Below, piece after piece: positions 37,779 through 47,324 of a stretch of 64,000 nt of DNA. Within the stretch, counting starts at the first letter, position 1, and each line of letters begins with the position of its first letter. The DNA lies in IMG/VR virus record IMGVR_UViG_3300008261_000001, positions 124,001 to 188,000 of that record; one strand, 5' to 3'. The notes beneath the pieces were generated by a model, which saw nothing but the letters and a program-made list of their open reading frames with translations, had not been told where the DNA came from and searched no databases. A program made the position numbers and the translations under genes.

Positions 37779-38066
37779 ATGTTTTCACAATCCCACACGA
37801 ACTTCCCCTCTAGTTGGGTTTATGCGTTTTTTATTTTGGTTCTTGTTCTAACCTCTATCGGTTTGTTTTTATCGAAAACCACCTTGAATGTTGTCGTGTG
37901 TCATGATGCTAGGGGTTTATTATTTGTAGGGCATAAGAACTCTTATGTTAGTTTACTGAGCAATGGTTTTATTCCAACCAATGCGGTCTGTTCAGAGAAG
38001 TCTATAACGAGAAGTGATTGGGATTTTCTTTCCAAAACCCTTAGGGCAAAACCCCATGAGGATTAA
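37779..38066 (+). CDS. Hypothetical membrane-anchored protein
   Basis: N-terminal hydrophobic segment. Confidence 0.55.
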   Translation: MFSQSHTNFPSSWVYAFFILVLVLTSIGLFLSKTTLNVVVCHDARGLLFVGHKNSYVSLLSNGFIPTNAVCSEKSITRSDWDFLSKTLRAKPHED

Positions 38067-38069
38067 GAG

Positions 38070-38612
38070 ATGAGCAAGAGAGCGGATAGGATAAAAGAGA
38101 AGGTTCCTTTATTGGGTGTCTTAGCTTATTACGGATATGGTGTCGGTAGTTCATCGGATACTGAGTATCAGTTCCGTTGTGACTTACATGGTGATGGATC
38201 GGACAATGCACCTAGTGCAAGAGTCTATCCGTCAACGAACACTTGGTACTGCTTTGCCTGTGGAAAGATCCGAGACTCTATTTCTACGGTTATGGAAAAA
38301 GAGGGTTTAGATTTCTCTAGTGCTTGTAAGGCGTTGGAGTTGAAGTTCGGTTTGCCCGTGTGGACTTGGCAAGAAAAAGACCCCTTCGAGGAAACAGATG
38401 GGGGTGTTTCCAATGAGCAGAGTGACCTTGATCTTCTCAAAAAGCGGATAGGTCTAAAGCTATCTGATTTGATTAAGGCGAGGGTATTATCTAAAGAGCA
38501 GAGCCTCAAGTATTGGGAGGCTTACTCTATGTTGGAAACATTGGATAAAACCACCGAGGCTCAATGGATGAGGCTCTACTACTCGCTACAAGGGGCTGTG
38601 ACCCCTAAATAG
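38070..38612 (+). CDS. CHC2 zinc-finger protein (primase zinc-binding domain only)
   Basis: CDLH..DNAPSARVY..WYCFACG..DSISTVMEKEGLDFSSA; no TOPRIM domain. Confidence 0.85.
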   Translation: MSKRADRIKEKVPLLGVLAYYGYGVGSSSDTEYQFRCDLHGDGSDNAPSARVYPSTNTWYCFACGKIRDSISTVMEKEGLDFSSACKALELKFGLPVWTWQEKDPFEETDGGVSNEQSDLDLLKKRIGLKLSDLIKARVLSKEQSLKYWEAYSMLETLDKTTEAQWMRLYYSLQGAVTPK

Positions 38613-38622
38613 GGGATTGGAA

Positions 38623-38949
38623 ATGATAGAAGAACCTGATGGTGATGCTCTACTACATATGCTCAAACAGCTACTGATCGCCCTTGTGGGTAAAGACCCA
38701 ACAGACGAGCAAGTTATTCGTTTTTGGTTTCATCTTGGACACACCATCGGCATCGGCAATATCTTTCCTTACATGAAAGTTGTCGTGACTCCAGACCCAG
38801 AGCGTTCAGAAGACGACAATGCAGTGGTTGCCCTATTAGCTAGTCCATCAGAAGCCCTCGTAGAAGTTCTCTCCAGCCAAACCGTCTTTAAAGAGCGTGT
38901 AATGGATATCGTCTTAGAAGATTACAGGACTCAACGCAATAAGCTCTAG
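38623..38949 (+). CDS. Hypothetical protein
   Basis: ORF in operon context. Confidence 0.6.
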   Translation: MIEEPDGDALLHMLKQLLIALVGKDPTDEQVIRFWFHLGHTIGIGNIFPYMKVVVTPDPERSEDDNAVVALLASPSEALVEVLSSQTVFKERVMDIVLEDYRTQRNKL

Positions 38950-38961
38950 GGTTTCTTATCC

Positions 38962-39384
38962 ATGATGTTCAGAAGAGATGGCATGGTGTTCGTCACTTTT
39001 ACGGATAGTGTGTGGCAGAACCCCAAGTTCGCTCGCATACTGCCCACTAGCTCATCTTGGGGCATCTACGAGGCTTTATCCAATGACCCACTGTGGATAA
39101 GATTAATACCCCAAGTGTCTCTTGAGATATTGGATAGATCACACAGAGGCGATTGTACTCCCTTAATGAACTCAGGCGTGAGAGAGCCTTACGGATGTCT
39201 CAAGCTCTTGAATATCCCCAAGCCCTGTGCTGAGAAAAAAATCTGCCTCACACATAAGGATAACCTGTGTGTCTTAGGGCATAAAAATATGCCCGATTGT
39301 TTTGTACCCCAAGCAGATACCCTTATCACCCCTCTTATCAAAGCGTGGTATGATGGTTATCGGATAGTCCGCGAAGCCGATTAG
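38962..39384 (+). CDS. Hypothetical Cys-rich protein
   Basis: 140 aa with five Cys in the C-half. Confidence 0.6.
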   Translation: MMFRRDGMVFVTFTDSVWQNPKFARILPTSSSWGIYEALSNDPLWIRLIPQVSLEILDRSHRGDCTPLMNSGVREPYGCLKLLNIPKPCAEKKICLTHKDNLCVLGHKNMPDCFVPQADTLITPLIKAWYDGYRIVREAD

Positions 39385-39449
39385 TTTTAAGGGTTCTATG
39401 AGCCTATCACTATAGACACGCACCCCCTTCTTTGAGAGAGAGGTCACAC

Positions 39450-40100
39450 ATGAGAAATCTAATGTCACGCCCAACAGCTAGACGGGTCTATATGGACGAG
39501 AGTATTGAAGCTCTGTCTCCTAATATGAGTGACAGCAAGGATTATTATGGAGACCTTACAACTGCGGAAAACCACATTTACTTCTATCAAGAGGTGACCC
39601 CCAAGACCATCATGAAGCTTGGGCTTGCCATCAAGTCCATCGAACAACAGCTTATAAACCTCGCCACCAATCTGAGCTTATCCCAAGTCCCAGCTATCCA
39701 TTTACACATAAACTCAGGTGGTGGCTGTGCCTTTAGCGGTCTTGCAGGTGCAGGACATATCCTTAACTCTCAAATCCCCGTCTTCACCTATGTAGAGGGA
39801 AATGCCGCTTCAGCCGCCACGATCATGTCGTGTGTTGGTGCGAAGCGTTTCATCACCGAACATAGCTTCATGCTTATCCACCAAGTAAGTACAGACTTCT
39901 GGGGCACCTATGAAAATCTTAAAGATGAAAAAGAGTCGATGGATGCACTCATGGATATGGTGTCTAGCATCTACTTGAAGCACACAGGACTGAAAAAGAA
40001 ACAGCTCAAGGCGTTGCTCAAGCGGGACTTATTCCTTAACGCTGAGTCTTGCCTTGAGCTGGGTCTTGTCGATGAGGTTATGAACTTCGAGAGGGTCTAG
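39450..40100 (+). CDS. clpP: ClpP-like protease subunit
   Basis: LHINSGGG, GNAASAAT, MLIHQ, RDLFLNAESCLELGLVD. Confidence 0.88.
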   Translation: MRNLMSRPTARRVYMDESIEALSPNMSDSKDYYGDLTTAENHIYFYQEVTPKTIMKLGLAIKSIEQQLINLATNLSLSQVPAIHLHINSGGGCAFSGLAGAGHILNSQIPVFTYVEGNAASAATIMSCVGAKRFITEHSFMLIHQVSTDFWGTYENLKDEKESMDALMDMVSSIYLKHTGLKKKQLKALLKRDLFLNAESCLELGLVDEVMNFERV

Positions 40101-40115
40101 CCCTCTATCCCCCTC

Positions 40116-40631
40116 TTAGGGGAGGGTCTCCACCATCTCCCACGAGACCACAGGGATTGAGATCCACTCCGCGAAGTGGAGGTTCTGCTTCACCACATCC
40201 TTGAGGGCGGTGAGGTACTCCTTGTGCTTCTCCGCAGGGGGGTTGTTGGGGTCGAGAGGCTTCTTGCTGATGACAAGCCCCTTCACATAGTACTGCTTGG
40301 TCTTGTCGTTGATGTAGACCCCTTGAGCGATGAGGCGGAGGGGCTCTTCTTTCTTAGCCCTGGGGTTTCCGTTGGGGCTGATGGAGTCGGTGATGGAGGT
40401 GTAGATGCCCACACAGGGCTGGCCTCCACCGAAGATAGCCGCGTCCACCTCTTGGGGGGTGGCGTTCTCAAAGCCCTTCACAGAGCGGACGAGATTGGTG
40501 GCGGTGGTGAGGTCGAGGCGGCGGGTAAAGCTGTCGATCTTGTTGAAGTTCTGGATGAGGCAGTCGCGGTAGCTGACCTCAGGGTTGAAGATGTAGGTGT
40601 TGTTGTTGCTCTTGGCGATGATGTATGCCAT
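40116..40631 (-). CDS. Hypothetical protein, paralog of 43801-44397
   Basis: TATCCCAA motif upstream; GVYINDKTKQYYVKGLVI ~ GVVIHKTTGEIHIRGIIV. Confidence 0.75.
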   Translation of the reverse strand: MAYIIAKSNNNTYIFNPEVSYRDCLIQNFNKIDSFTRRLDLTTATNLVRSVKGFENATPQEVDAAIFGGGQPCVGIYTSITDSISPNGNPRAKKEEPLRLIAQGVYINDKTKQYYVKGLVISKKPLDPNNPPAEKHKEYLTALKDVVKQNLHFAEWISIPVVSWEMVETLP

Positions 40632-40690
40632 CTGTCGAAGCCCTTTCTCTAGGCGGTGTTTTTATCTGTCTCTGTCTGCTGTCCCCCTAC

Positions 40691-40717
40691 TAATAAGGGG
40701 GTGTGAGGTTTGGGATA
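40691..40717 (-). promoter_or_regulatory. TATCCCAA-N12-CTTATTA motif
   Basis: Exact motif upstream of the 40631 start. Confidence 0.75.
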
Positions 40718-40733
40718 ATCTTTTTCTCTATTT

Positions 40734-41117
40734 TTAGAAGTTCAGCTTCTGCCTCCAGACCCCATACGAGGTTGCCCCCGTGATGTCGTCAACGAAGCGG
40801 ATCTTGGTGAGGATGTACACCTCGCCTTTTGAGATACCCCTCTCAGGGTAGTCCTTACGGGCTCTGACCTCTTTCGAGGTACACTTAAAGTGGGTGTTGG
40901 TGTCTTGATCCCACACATAGTCGGAGAGGTATCTGTTCGGATCTCTCTCTACGATGCTCCCATAGGAGCGTGAGAAGTGGTACTCCGCATAAGTCCAGTA
41001 GTGGTTGTTTTCAACCTCAACCTCAACCGCTGTGGTCTTAGGAGTGGTGTTCACCGCCCAACCGATGATGGGCAGTACTTGGCTCTCAGCGGGAGTCTGA
41101 ATAGTGGTGTTCCACAT
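40734..41117 (-). CDS. Hypothetical protein
   Basis: ATG after AAGGA; motif at 41165-41191. Confidence 0.7.
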   Translation of the reverse strand: MWNTTIQTPAESQVLPIIGWAVNTTPKTTAVEVEVENNHYWTYAEYHFSRSYGSIVERDPNRYLSDYVWDQDTNTHFKCTSKEVRARKDYPERGISKGEVYILTKIRFVDDITGATSYGVWRQKLNF

Positions 41118-41164
41118 ATTGTGTGTTTCCTTATCGTTGGTGTAGTCTATCGCTTGCACCTCTA

Positions 41165-41191
41165 TAATGAGGTGCTTTGAGCTTTGGGATA
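41165..41191 (-). promoter_or_regulatory. TATCCCAA-N12-CTCATTA motif
   Basis: Exact motif. Confidence 0.75.
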
Positions 41192-41196
41192 AAGAA

Positions 41197-41736
41197 ATGC
41201 CGATTTACACAGAGAAAAATGATGTGGGTCAGAGAGTCCCTTGTCCAAGAACGGAGACATACATCACTTGGGCTTGGGTCGGCAGAAATATGAAGGGTTG
41301 TGTGCGTGTAGATTTCTCTACTTTGGTGTGCGAGTTCTTAGCCGAGATCGGCTTCTCACCGCCCCACATAGCTGACTTTCAGAATTCTTATCGTGAACTC
41401 AGACGAGCGAGTTTTAGTTTCCCTTCCGATTATCCATTTACGCTACAGCTTACATGGGACATACGGGGTAGGGTCTTATCCACAAGGACTTATCCAATAG
41501 ACGAAGAAGACGAGTTTTATGAAGCTCTGAGTCCTTACTTACCGCAGGTGCGTTGTGCCTTATGGAAAAATAACAATAAGGGTGTGTGCCACTATGGAAC
41601 CTATACACACCACCTTCAAGATTGGGAGTACGACCCCAAGAGCGTTGGAGATCTGTTAGATTTCTTGTTGAGTTTTATACGGAGTGGTTACGGAATAACA
41701 CACACCCTTATCCCAAACCCTAAAGCTCTTTATTAA
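41197..41736 (+). CDS. Paralog family member 1 (IRSxY end)
   Basis: QVRCAL...LLDFLLSFIRSGY; start uncertain. Confidence 0.65.
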   Translation: MPIYTEKNDVGQRVPCPRTETYITWAWVGRNMKGCVRVDFSTLVCEFLAEIGFSPPHIADFQNSYRELRRASFSFPSDYPFTLQLTWDIRGRVLSTRTYPIDEEDEFYEALSPYLPQVRCALWKNNNKGVCHYGTYTHHLQDWEYDPKSVGDLLDFLLSFIRSGYGITHTLIPNPKALY

Positions 41737-41793
41737 GAACCACACGCCAAACACAGACGGATTAAAAAATCTTGCTCGGCAAGGAGATAAATT

Positions 41794-42294
41794 ATGTGCT
41801 ACACCGAAATCGTAACTGGAAAGAGGTTTTTCACCTATGACAGTCTCCCCCTCACCGACTTGGGGGACATCACCCCATATTTGATGGGGGCTATGGAGGA
41901 GATGGGTTTCACCTATCTAATGGATAGGTTTTCAACCGACAAAACCTCTGGGGCGAGTGTTTTTGTCCTAGAGTTTAAGAGGGACGCTATGGTGGTGAAG
42001 GTGTGGTACTCGGTCGATGGGGTTAAAGACCTCACTTGGACAGATTGTGAGCCTGAGGATTGTGTACTCAACGAGTTTTCCAAAAGCACAAAACAACAAC
42101 ACATTAGGCAATCTGTTTACTTCGAAGACTCTATACGCCCTCTCGATTACACCTATTCCATAGACCTTAGAAGGTCTAGCTACCTAGAAGACTTCGAGGG
42201 GACTTTTACAGCAGATGAGGTAATGAACCCCATCATCGAAAATATCCGTAGAGCTTATTTCCAATCTATCCCAAACTCCCGAACCCCTTATTAG
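41794..42294 (+). CDS. Paralog family member 2
   Basis: HIRQSV...IIENIRRAY; AAGGAG RBS; motif at 41709-41735. Confidence 0.75.
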   Translation: MCYTEIVTGKRFFTYDSLPLTDLGDITPYLMGAMEEMGFTYLMDRFSTDKTSGASVFVLEFKRDAMVVKVWYSVDGVKDLTWTDCEPEDCVLNEFSKSTKQQHIRQSVYFEDSIRPLDYTYSIDLRRSSYLEDFEGTFTADEVMNPIIENIRRAYFQSIPNSRTPY

Positions 42295-42334
42295 TGGGAG
42301 CAGAATGCACTACCCAATAAACAGGAGTAACATC

Positions 42335-42838
42335 ATGCAGTTCACCCACATTGTAAATGGTAAGAGAGTCGCCACCCCCTCCCAGACGGGTCGTTTGACA
42401 GATCTAAATTTAACTTATTCCGTGGGGGAGTACATCCAGAGCAACTTCACATGGAATATGGTCGATAGCCTCAACGAAGCTAAAATAACCTATATTAATA
42501 GATTTGAGGTCGAGGGGGTGAAGATGTACTGCTATGAGAGAGAGGACTGCGGTCTCGAACTAAAGGTGTGGTGGGGTGTACCTACTAATAGCGACTTGAT
42601 AGACCTCAATGGGACAGACACTTACGGTGAGGACGAACACTTCACACCAACCGACACACCTTCTCACATGAGAGCTTGTGTAAAAGTAGAAGGTAAAGCC
42701 CACTATTACAGCTTGACCCTAGATCAGATGCCCCTTCCAAACTGGAAGACTAGATGGCCTTTGAAGGTTGCTGTGGAGTGGGAGACCATCTTGAACTTTA
42801 TTCTGAGCAGTATCCGAAGCTCCTTCCCTACCCCTTAG
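42335..42838 (+). CDS. Paralog family member 3
   Basis: HMRACV...ILNFILSSIRSSF; AGGAG RBS; motif at 42267-42293. Confidence 0.75.
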   Translation: MQFTHIVNGKRVATPSQTGRLTDLNLTYSVGEYIQSNFTWNMVDSLNEAKITYINRFEVEGVKMYCYEREDCGLELKVWWGVPTNSDLIDLNGTDTYGEDEHFTPTDTPSHMRACVKVEGKAHYYSLTLDQMPLPNWKTRWPLKVAVEWETILNFILSSIRSSFPTP

Positions 42839-43376
42839 GATGGGATTTAATGTAGTCTTCGTAGGAGCTACGGATAGATAAGAGGATATAGCTAACAATA
42901 TGTCCTAGTGATGTGGCGTAGCTCCAAGCCCTCCCCGCTGTCGGTACGCTGAAACCAAATGGATAAGTCTCGGAGGGGTAGCCAACACACACCCTAAGGT
43001 GATGTGGGTGCTGATGGCCCACTTGGTTTAGTTTCTTATCCTCTGGAAACACATCTACACTATCGAGAGATGTCACCTTTCCATTTTCATCTGGCGTAGC
43101 CCACCATGCCGAGAACTTGATTTGAGGTGTGCAATCTAAACGCTCGAAGTCTATCCTTTCGATTTTTAATCCAGCTCTAGGTGCGTTGTACAAGTCGTGT
43201 TTTTCGACCAGCACAAAACCTGCTTCTTTCATAACCTCTTCAAGTACGCTACTGAAATGAAGCGGGTTAGCGAACTTAGAACTAGTCGTATGGACTTCGT
43301 CTAGGTTTGTCATGGTATTTTTGGAAAACTCCGTTGGAGTTCTCTTTGACTGTTTGATTTCTGTCCATCTATCCAT
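42828..43376 (-). CDS. Paralog family member 4 (convergent)
   Basis: HLRVCV...IVSYILLSIRSSY. Confidence 0.75.
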   Translation of the reverse strand: MDRWTEIKQSKRTPTEFSKNTMTNLDEVHTTSSKFANPLHFSSVLEEVMKEAGFVLVEKHDLYNAPRAGLKIERIDFERLDCTPQIKFSAWWATPDENGKVTSLDSVDVFPEDKKLNQVGHQHPHHLRVCVGYPSETYPFGFSVPTAGRAWSYATSLGHIVSYILLSIRSSYEDYIKSHPKG

Positions 43377-43461
43377 ATGGTTATCCCCCTTCTTGAGTGC
43401 CTACAGCAAAACCCTATAGGGTTTTATAGGGAAGGGGGTTGTGGATCTCGTCGTGTGGGTA

Positions 43462-43632
43462 TTAAAGACCCTTTCTGAGCGGCCACTTCCCTGCTCGGAC
43501 ATCCATTTCACGGAGTAGATGAAACAGAGCCTCTTGCTCCTGCTGAGTCATTTTGGAGATGCCTTGCTCCAAAAGAGTCCTGTTGTGGCGATACTTGTGT
43601 GTGATGGGGAGGATGTACCGAAGCCAACTCAT
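43462..43632 (-). CDS. Small hypothetical protein (56 aa, MSWLRYILP...)
   Basis: Own translation; AGGAG RBS; motif at 43673-43700. Confidence 0.65.
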   Translation of the reverse strand: MSWLRYILPITHKYRHNRTLLEQGISKMTQQEQEALFHLLREMDVRAGKWPLRKGL

Positions 43633-43672
43633 ACTTCTTGCTCCTAGCGATTGGTGGGTTGTGCCCCTCCCC

Positions 43673-43748
43673 TAATGAGAGTGGACTCCGCTTTGGGATA
43701 AAAAATCTTTTTACTCGTTTTTATCCCAACCCTTAGTGACCCTTATTA
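43673..43748. promoter_or_regulatory. Second divergent pair of TATCCCAA-N12/13-YTYATTA motifs
   Basis: 43673-43700 (-) and 43722-43748 (+). Confidence 0.75.
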
Positions 43749-43800
43749 GGAGGGCAGAGAGAGAAACACACCCTAGAGCCTACAGAAAGGGCTTAGAGAC

Positions 43801-44397
43801 ATGGATACCATCATCAACATCAACACCCTCAACGGCAACATCACCTTCACCACCACAAAGAAGGGTATGGCGGATCTCAAGAAGGACGGTGGTGCGGTTC
43901 GTGGTCGCCACAAGGTGGCTGTGACGCTCCGCTCTAACCTTGACCACAAGGATCTGGCTGGGCTTGACCTTATCCGCCTTAAGAACGCTGACCTCAACGC
44001 TCTTCGCCTCAAGGCGGAGGAGAAGCTCGGCACTATTACCGATGACGATTGGGAGGACGCTCTCCGTGGAACCCTCCCTCGTAAGAAGGGCTTGATTATC
44101 AGCCTTCACGAGTCGAGCCTCGGTGATAATGAGGACAACAAGCATCTTGAGGCTTATGAGCCTCACCCTTGTGGGGTCTCAGGGGTGGTTATCCATAAGA
44201 CCACGGGCGAAATCCATATCCGTGGGATTATCGTGAAGGAGGAGATCCTTGAGGCAGACCCTCTTGGTGACGCTCGTAAGGTGGACAGTGGGCTTCATGT
44301 GAGGATTAAGAACTTTATTAGCAAGGACTTGGATCTCCACTCCTCAAAGTGGAGGCAGTATGCCCTGCCAGCTTCTGTAGAGGTGGTAGTGGGCTGA
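43801..44397 (+). CDS. Hypothetical protein, paralog of 40116-40631
   Basis: Shared C-terminal motif and shared UTR segment AGAAAGGGCTT. Confidence 0.75.
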   Translation: MDTIININTLNGNITFTTTKKGMADLKKDGGAVRGRHKVAVTLRSNLDHKDLAGLDLIRLKNADLNALRLKAEEKLGTITDDDWEDALRGTLPRKKGLIISLHESSLGDNEDNKHLEAYEPHPCGVSGVVIHKTTGEIHIRGIIVKEEILEADPLGDARKVDSGLHVRIKNFISKDLDLHSSKWRQYALPASVEVVVG

Positions 44398-44475
44398 CCC
44401 CAAAGGGTAGGGTAGGTTTGTGGGAGTTAATATCTTTTTTATGATTGGATAACCCTAAATAAAGGAGTTATCCAA

Positions 44476-44778
44476 ATGAGCGAACAGCAACAGAGCATAA
44501 TAGAGTGGGTGTTTAAAGGGCTATCTGCGGTGGTTTTACCTGTAGCTCTTTATGTACTCAATATGTCCACAACCATAGCTTTACAAGAGCAACAAATAAA
44601 GGCTCTTCAAGAGCAGGTGATGGAACATAAATCGGAGTTGAAAAAGGTTCAAGAGGGGATGGTTGCTGTTCAGTTATTGGGGCAAGAGTTGAAGCAGATA
44701 AAGGACGATCTTCAACGCAATAATCAAATGATGAAAGAAGTCTATGACCACATATTGAGATCGGGTAGCCCAAAATGA
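44476..44778 (+). CDS. Single-TM coiled-coil protein (holin-like?)
   Basis: N-terminal TM plus heptads; AATA-N5-TTTAT and AAGGAG upstream. Confidence 0.55.
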   Translation: MSEQQQSIIEWVFKGLSAVVLPVALYVLNMSTTIALQEQQIKALQEQVMEHKSELKKVQEGMVAVQLLGQELKQIKDDLQRNNQMMKEVYDHILRSGSPK

Positions 44779-45146
44779 AATCTTTGATTGTAGCTTGTTT
44801 ACTGACGGTGGGGGGAGCGGTTGCTCTAGCACTAAGTACACACGGTGTAGAACTAGAAAAGGGTGTTGGGGGGGTAGAAGTGTCCGAAAGGCTTAAAGAG
44901 CACTCGCCACCCAAAGTGAATATGGATAAGTCCTTTTTGCGTGGTATTAGGAAAGAGCGGGAGGAGTGGAACACTCGGACTCGCTGTTTAAGAGAACTAC
45001 TCATAGGAGACACAAAAGATGAGCGAGACAAATCAAGCACCTCAGCAAGTGGGACAGCTAACGGAGGAAGAGCTACAGGCGATTGCACAGCTAAGAAATC
45101 AAGCGACTCAGCTTCTAGGACTTCTAGGGCAGTTGGAAATCCGTAA
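44775..45146 (+). CDS. Possible secreted/membrane protein
   Basis: ATGA coupling and signal-peptide-like start, but overlaps the next gene by 128 nt. Confidence 0.35.
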   Translation: MKSLIVACLLTVGGAVALALSTHGVELEKGVGGVEVSERLKEHSPPKVNMDKSFLRGIRKEREEWNTRTRCLRELLIGDTKDERDKSSTSASGTANGGRATGDCTAKKSSDSASRTSRAVGNP

Positions 45147-45300
45147 GTCACGCCTTGTGGGACAGCTAGAGCGTAATGAGACACAAGCCCAACAGATTTT
45201 ATCCGAAGCTCGTAAGAAAGCTGGTGTGACTGACGATATGCCGTGGCAGATTCAAGAGGATGGGAAGATCTTAGCTATTCTGCCCAAGAGTGAGAGTTAA
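45019..45300 (+). CDS. Small coiled-coil protein
   Basis: AGGAG RBS; Q/L heptads. Confidence 0.7.
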   Translation: MSETNQAPQQVGQLTEEELQAIAQLRNQATQLLGLLGQLEIRKSRLVGQLERNETQAQQILSEARKKAGVTDDMPWQIQEDGKILAILPKSES

Positions 45301-45349
45301 ATAATCCATTTATGAGACAACCCTTTAGTACACAGCTAAAGGGGGTTGT

Positions 45350-46744
45350 ATGTCTCACGGATGGTATGACTCAAGGTCGGCTTATCCATTACCGCCAACG
45401 AATACCTCAGCGACTTCACCCTTTTTGAAGGGTGAAATGGATGTGAGGTGGGACAACCCTGCTCTCTTACATGGGAACGAGGGTTGGATACTTCGTGGGG
45501 TCAATATCTATCGGTCAGGCGACTCAGATAGAGGACCATATCGAAGGGTCAATATGACACCTGTCGGTGGGACTTTTTATCGTGACCGCGTGGACTCGTG
45601 GCTTGTCTATGAAGAACCCATACTTGCAGAGAGTTGGATAAGTAAGGGGGATCAGCCCGAGGATCCTTATCGTTTTAGGACTGAGTATCCAATAGCGAGA
45701 ATAGGTAGCCCCTCTGAGGCATCGTTTTCGGGTAGGGATGTGATAGTGACGATAGATGGGGAAGAAGTCCCTGTACTGAGAACGATGGGGCAGGTAAGAG
45801 AAGTTATCCTATTGTACACAGGGGTTTCCCTTGCCAAGCCTTTAGAGATGAGGGCGGTTAGTTATCCTCCACCGATAACTGAGGACTCGGTGGTGAAGAT
45901 CACCTATGTGGCTTATGACCCTTCATTTAGGTTGAGGGTAGGGACGGATAAGAGAGATTTCTATCGTGTGGCGAGTGTTGCGGAGGATCCAAAGACGGGA
46001 GAGTTGCATGAGACTCCTTTGGAGTATTGTCAGCCTTTTTCGGATAGAGAAGTAGAGCGTGTGGATTACATATGGCGAGAGGGCATGAGGAGGAACAATT
46101 GGATACTCGATCAAGGTGGTGAGCGGGTGAAGTTATTTACCAAGCGTGTGGTGGGTATCCCTTGTATTTGTGGAGCGTTTAATCGAGAGACGCTGATATT
46201 TGCAAAGCAACCTGACTCGTTGTGTTCAATCTGTTTTGGTACGGGCATACGAGGAGGTTATGACGGACCATACGACATAATCATAGGACCAGATGAGGGG
46301 GATAAGAGGGTAAGCCAAGATGTGAGGGGTAGGCGTAAGGAACATTCGTATGAGGTGTGGATAGGTCCTAGTCCGATAGTCTCTCAGAGGGACTTCATTG
46401 TGAAGATGAATAACGACCGCTATTCAATAGGCGGTGTTCGTTATCCATCTAACAGGGGGAATGTGCTTCAACAGCACTTCAACATCGCTTATTTAGACTC
46501 GCAGGACATACGCTATAAGGTTCCGATAGATGGGGTTCCTGTTTCATGGCCGAAGACAACCTTTGGATACTTGCCGTATAGAGACACCTATACGGCTCGT
46601 GGGGACTCTAACTTTCCAATCACACCTGATACGAGTTATCCGATGGACTCGGACAGACCCGACATACCATCAGCGTTGGAACAGAGGGGTCGTACAGCGA
46701 CATGGGAGAACCATCACGCTAATGGTGGTAAGAAGGGTTATTAA
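45350..46744 (+). CDS. Probable neck/head-closure protein with Zn finger
   Basis: FN3-like GVNIYRS start; CxC..CxxCFGTG..GGY; AATA-N5-TTTAT upstream. Confidence 0.55.
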   Translation: MSHGWYDSRSAYPLPPTNTSATSPFLKGEMDVRWDNPALLHGNEGWILRGVNIYRSGDSDRGPYRRVNMTPVGGTFYRDRVDSWLVYEEPILAESWISKGDQPEDPYRFRTEYPIARIGSPSEASFSGRDVIVTIDGEEVPVLRTMGQVREVILLYTGVSLAKPLEMRAVSYPPPITEDSVVKITYVAYDPSFRLRVGTDKRDFYRVASVAEDPKTGELHETPLEYCQPFSDREVERVDYIWREGMRRNNWILDQGGERVKLFTKRVVGIPCICGAFNRETLIFAKQPDSLCSICFGTGIRGGYDGPYDIIIGPDEGDKRVSQDVRGRRKEHSYEVWIGPSPIVSQRDFIVKMNNDRYSIGGVRYPSNRGNVLQQHFNIAYLDSQDIRYKVPIDGVPVSWPKTTFGYLPYRDTYTARGDSNFPITPDTSYPMDSDRPDIPSALEQRGRTATWENHHANGGKKGY

Positions 46745-46747
46745 AAT

Positions 46748-47272
46748 ATGGACGAGCGAGATCCTAGAAAGAAGTTCAACCTTAAAAAGTACAAGGTGGG
46801 TCGGACGACTTTTAAGTCTCCTGTACTAAGGAACACTAAGATTACGAAGCGTATGTTAGAAATCTTAGGTGAAGAGATGGTGAGGGGTGTCCGAGAGGAG
46901 GCATCTAGGGCATCAGGTTTGGGTACGGGTATTCCAAGCACGACTGAGTTTTTGGAAAGTTTTGGTTATGAGATAGTGAGTGGGGACTCAATAAGGATAA
47001 CTTCGGATTGGAAATGGGTCTCTGCGTACTTAAAGGCGAGGGCTCCTTTTAAGATGACTTGGCTTACTCAGCAGAAGGGAGCACCTAAGGTGATACCTTT
47101 AAGGGATAAGAACGGTGACATAGTGTTTAGGACAACGCCTCTGAGGTTGGCTGATGCGTGGGTTCACCCTGCCATTTACAAGTATAACTTCATAGATAAG
47201 GGTATTAAGCGTGGATTGACAAGGGCTACCACAAGGATACTTTTCGAACTCGGTTCGGATGTATTTAGGTGA
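46748..47272 (+). CDS. Probable neck/tail-completion protein
   Basis: Basic; WLTQ..VIPL..VFRT..WVHPAI..FIDKGI. Confidence 0.5.
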   Translation: MDERDPRKKFNLKKYKVGRTTFKSPVLRNTKITKRMLEILGEEMVRGVREEASRASGLGTGIPSTTEFLESFGYEIVSGDSIRITSDWKWVSAYLKARAPFKMTWLTQQKGAPKVIPLRDKNGDIVFRTTPLRLADAWVHPAIYKYNFIDKGIKRGLTRATTRILFELGSDVFR

Positions 47273-47324
47273 TTTGGTTTCGAGAATCCCATAAGGGGTT
47301 TGTACCTATCGAAAGGATGAACTC

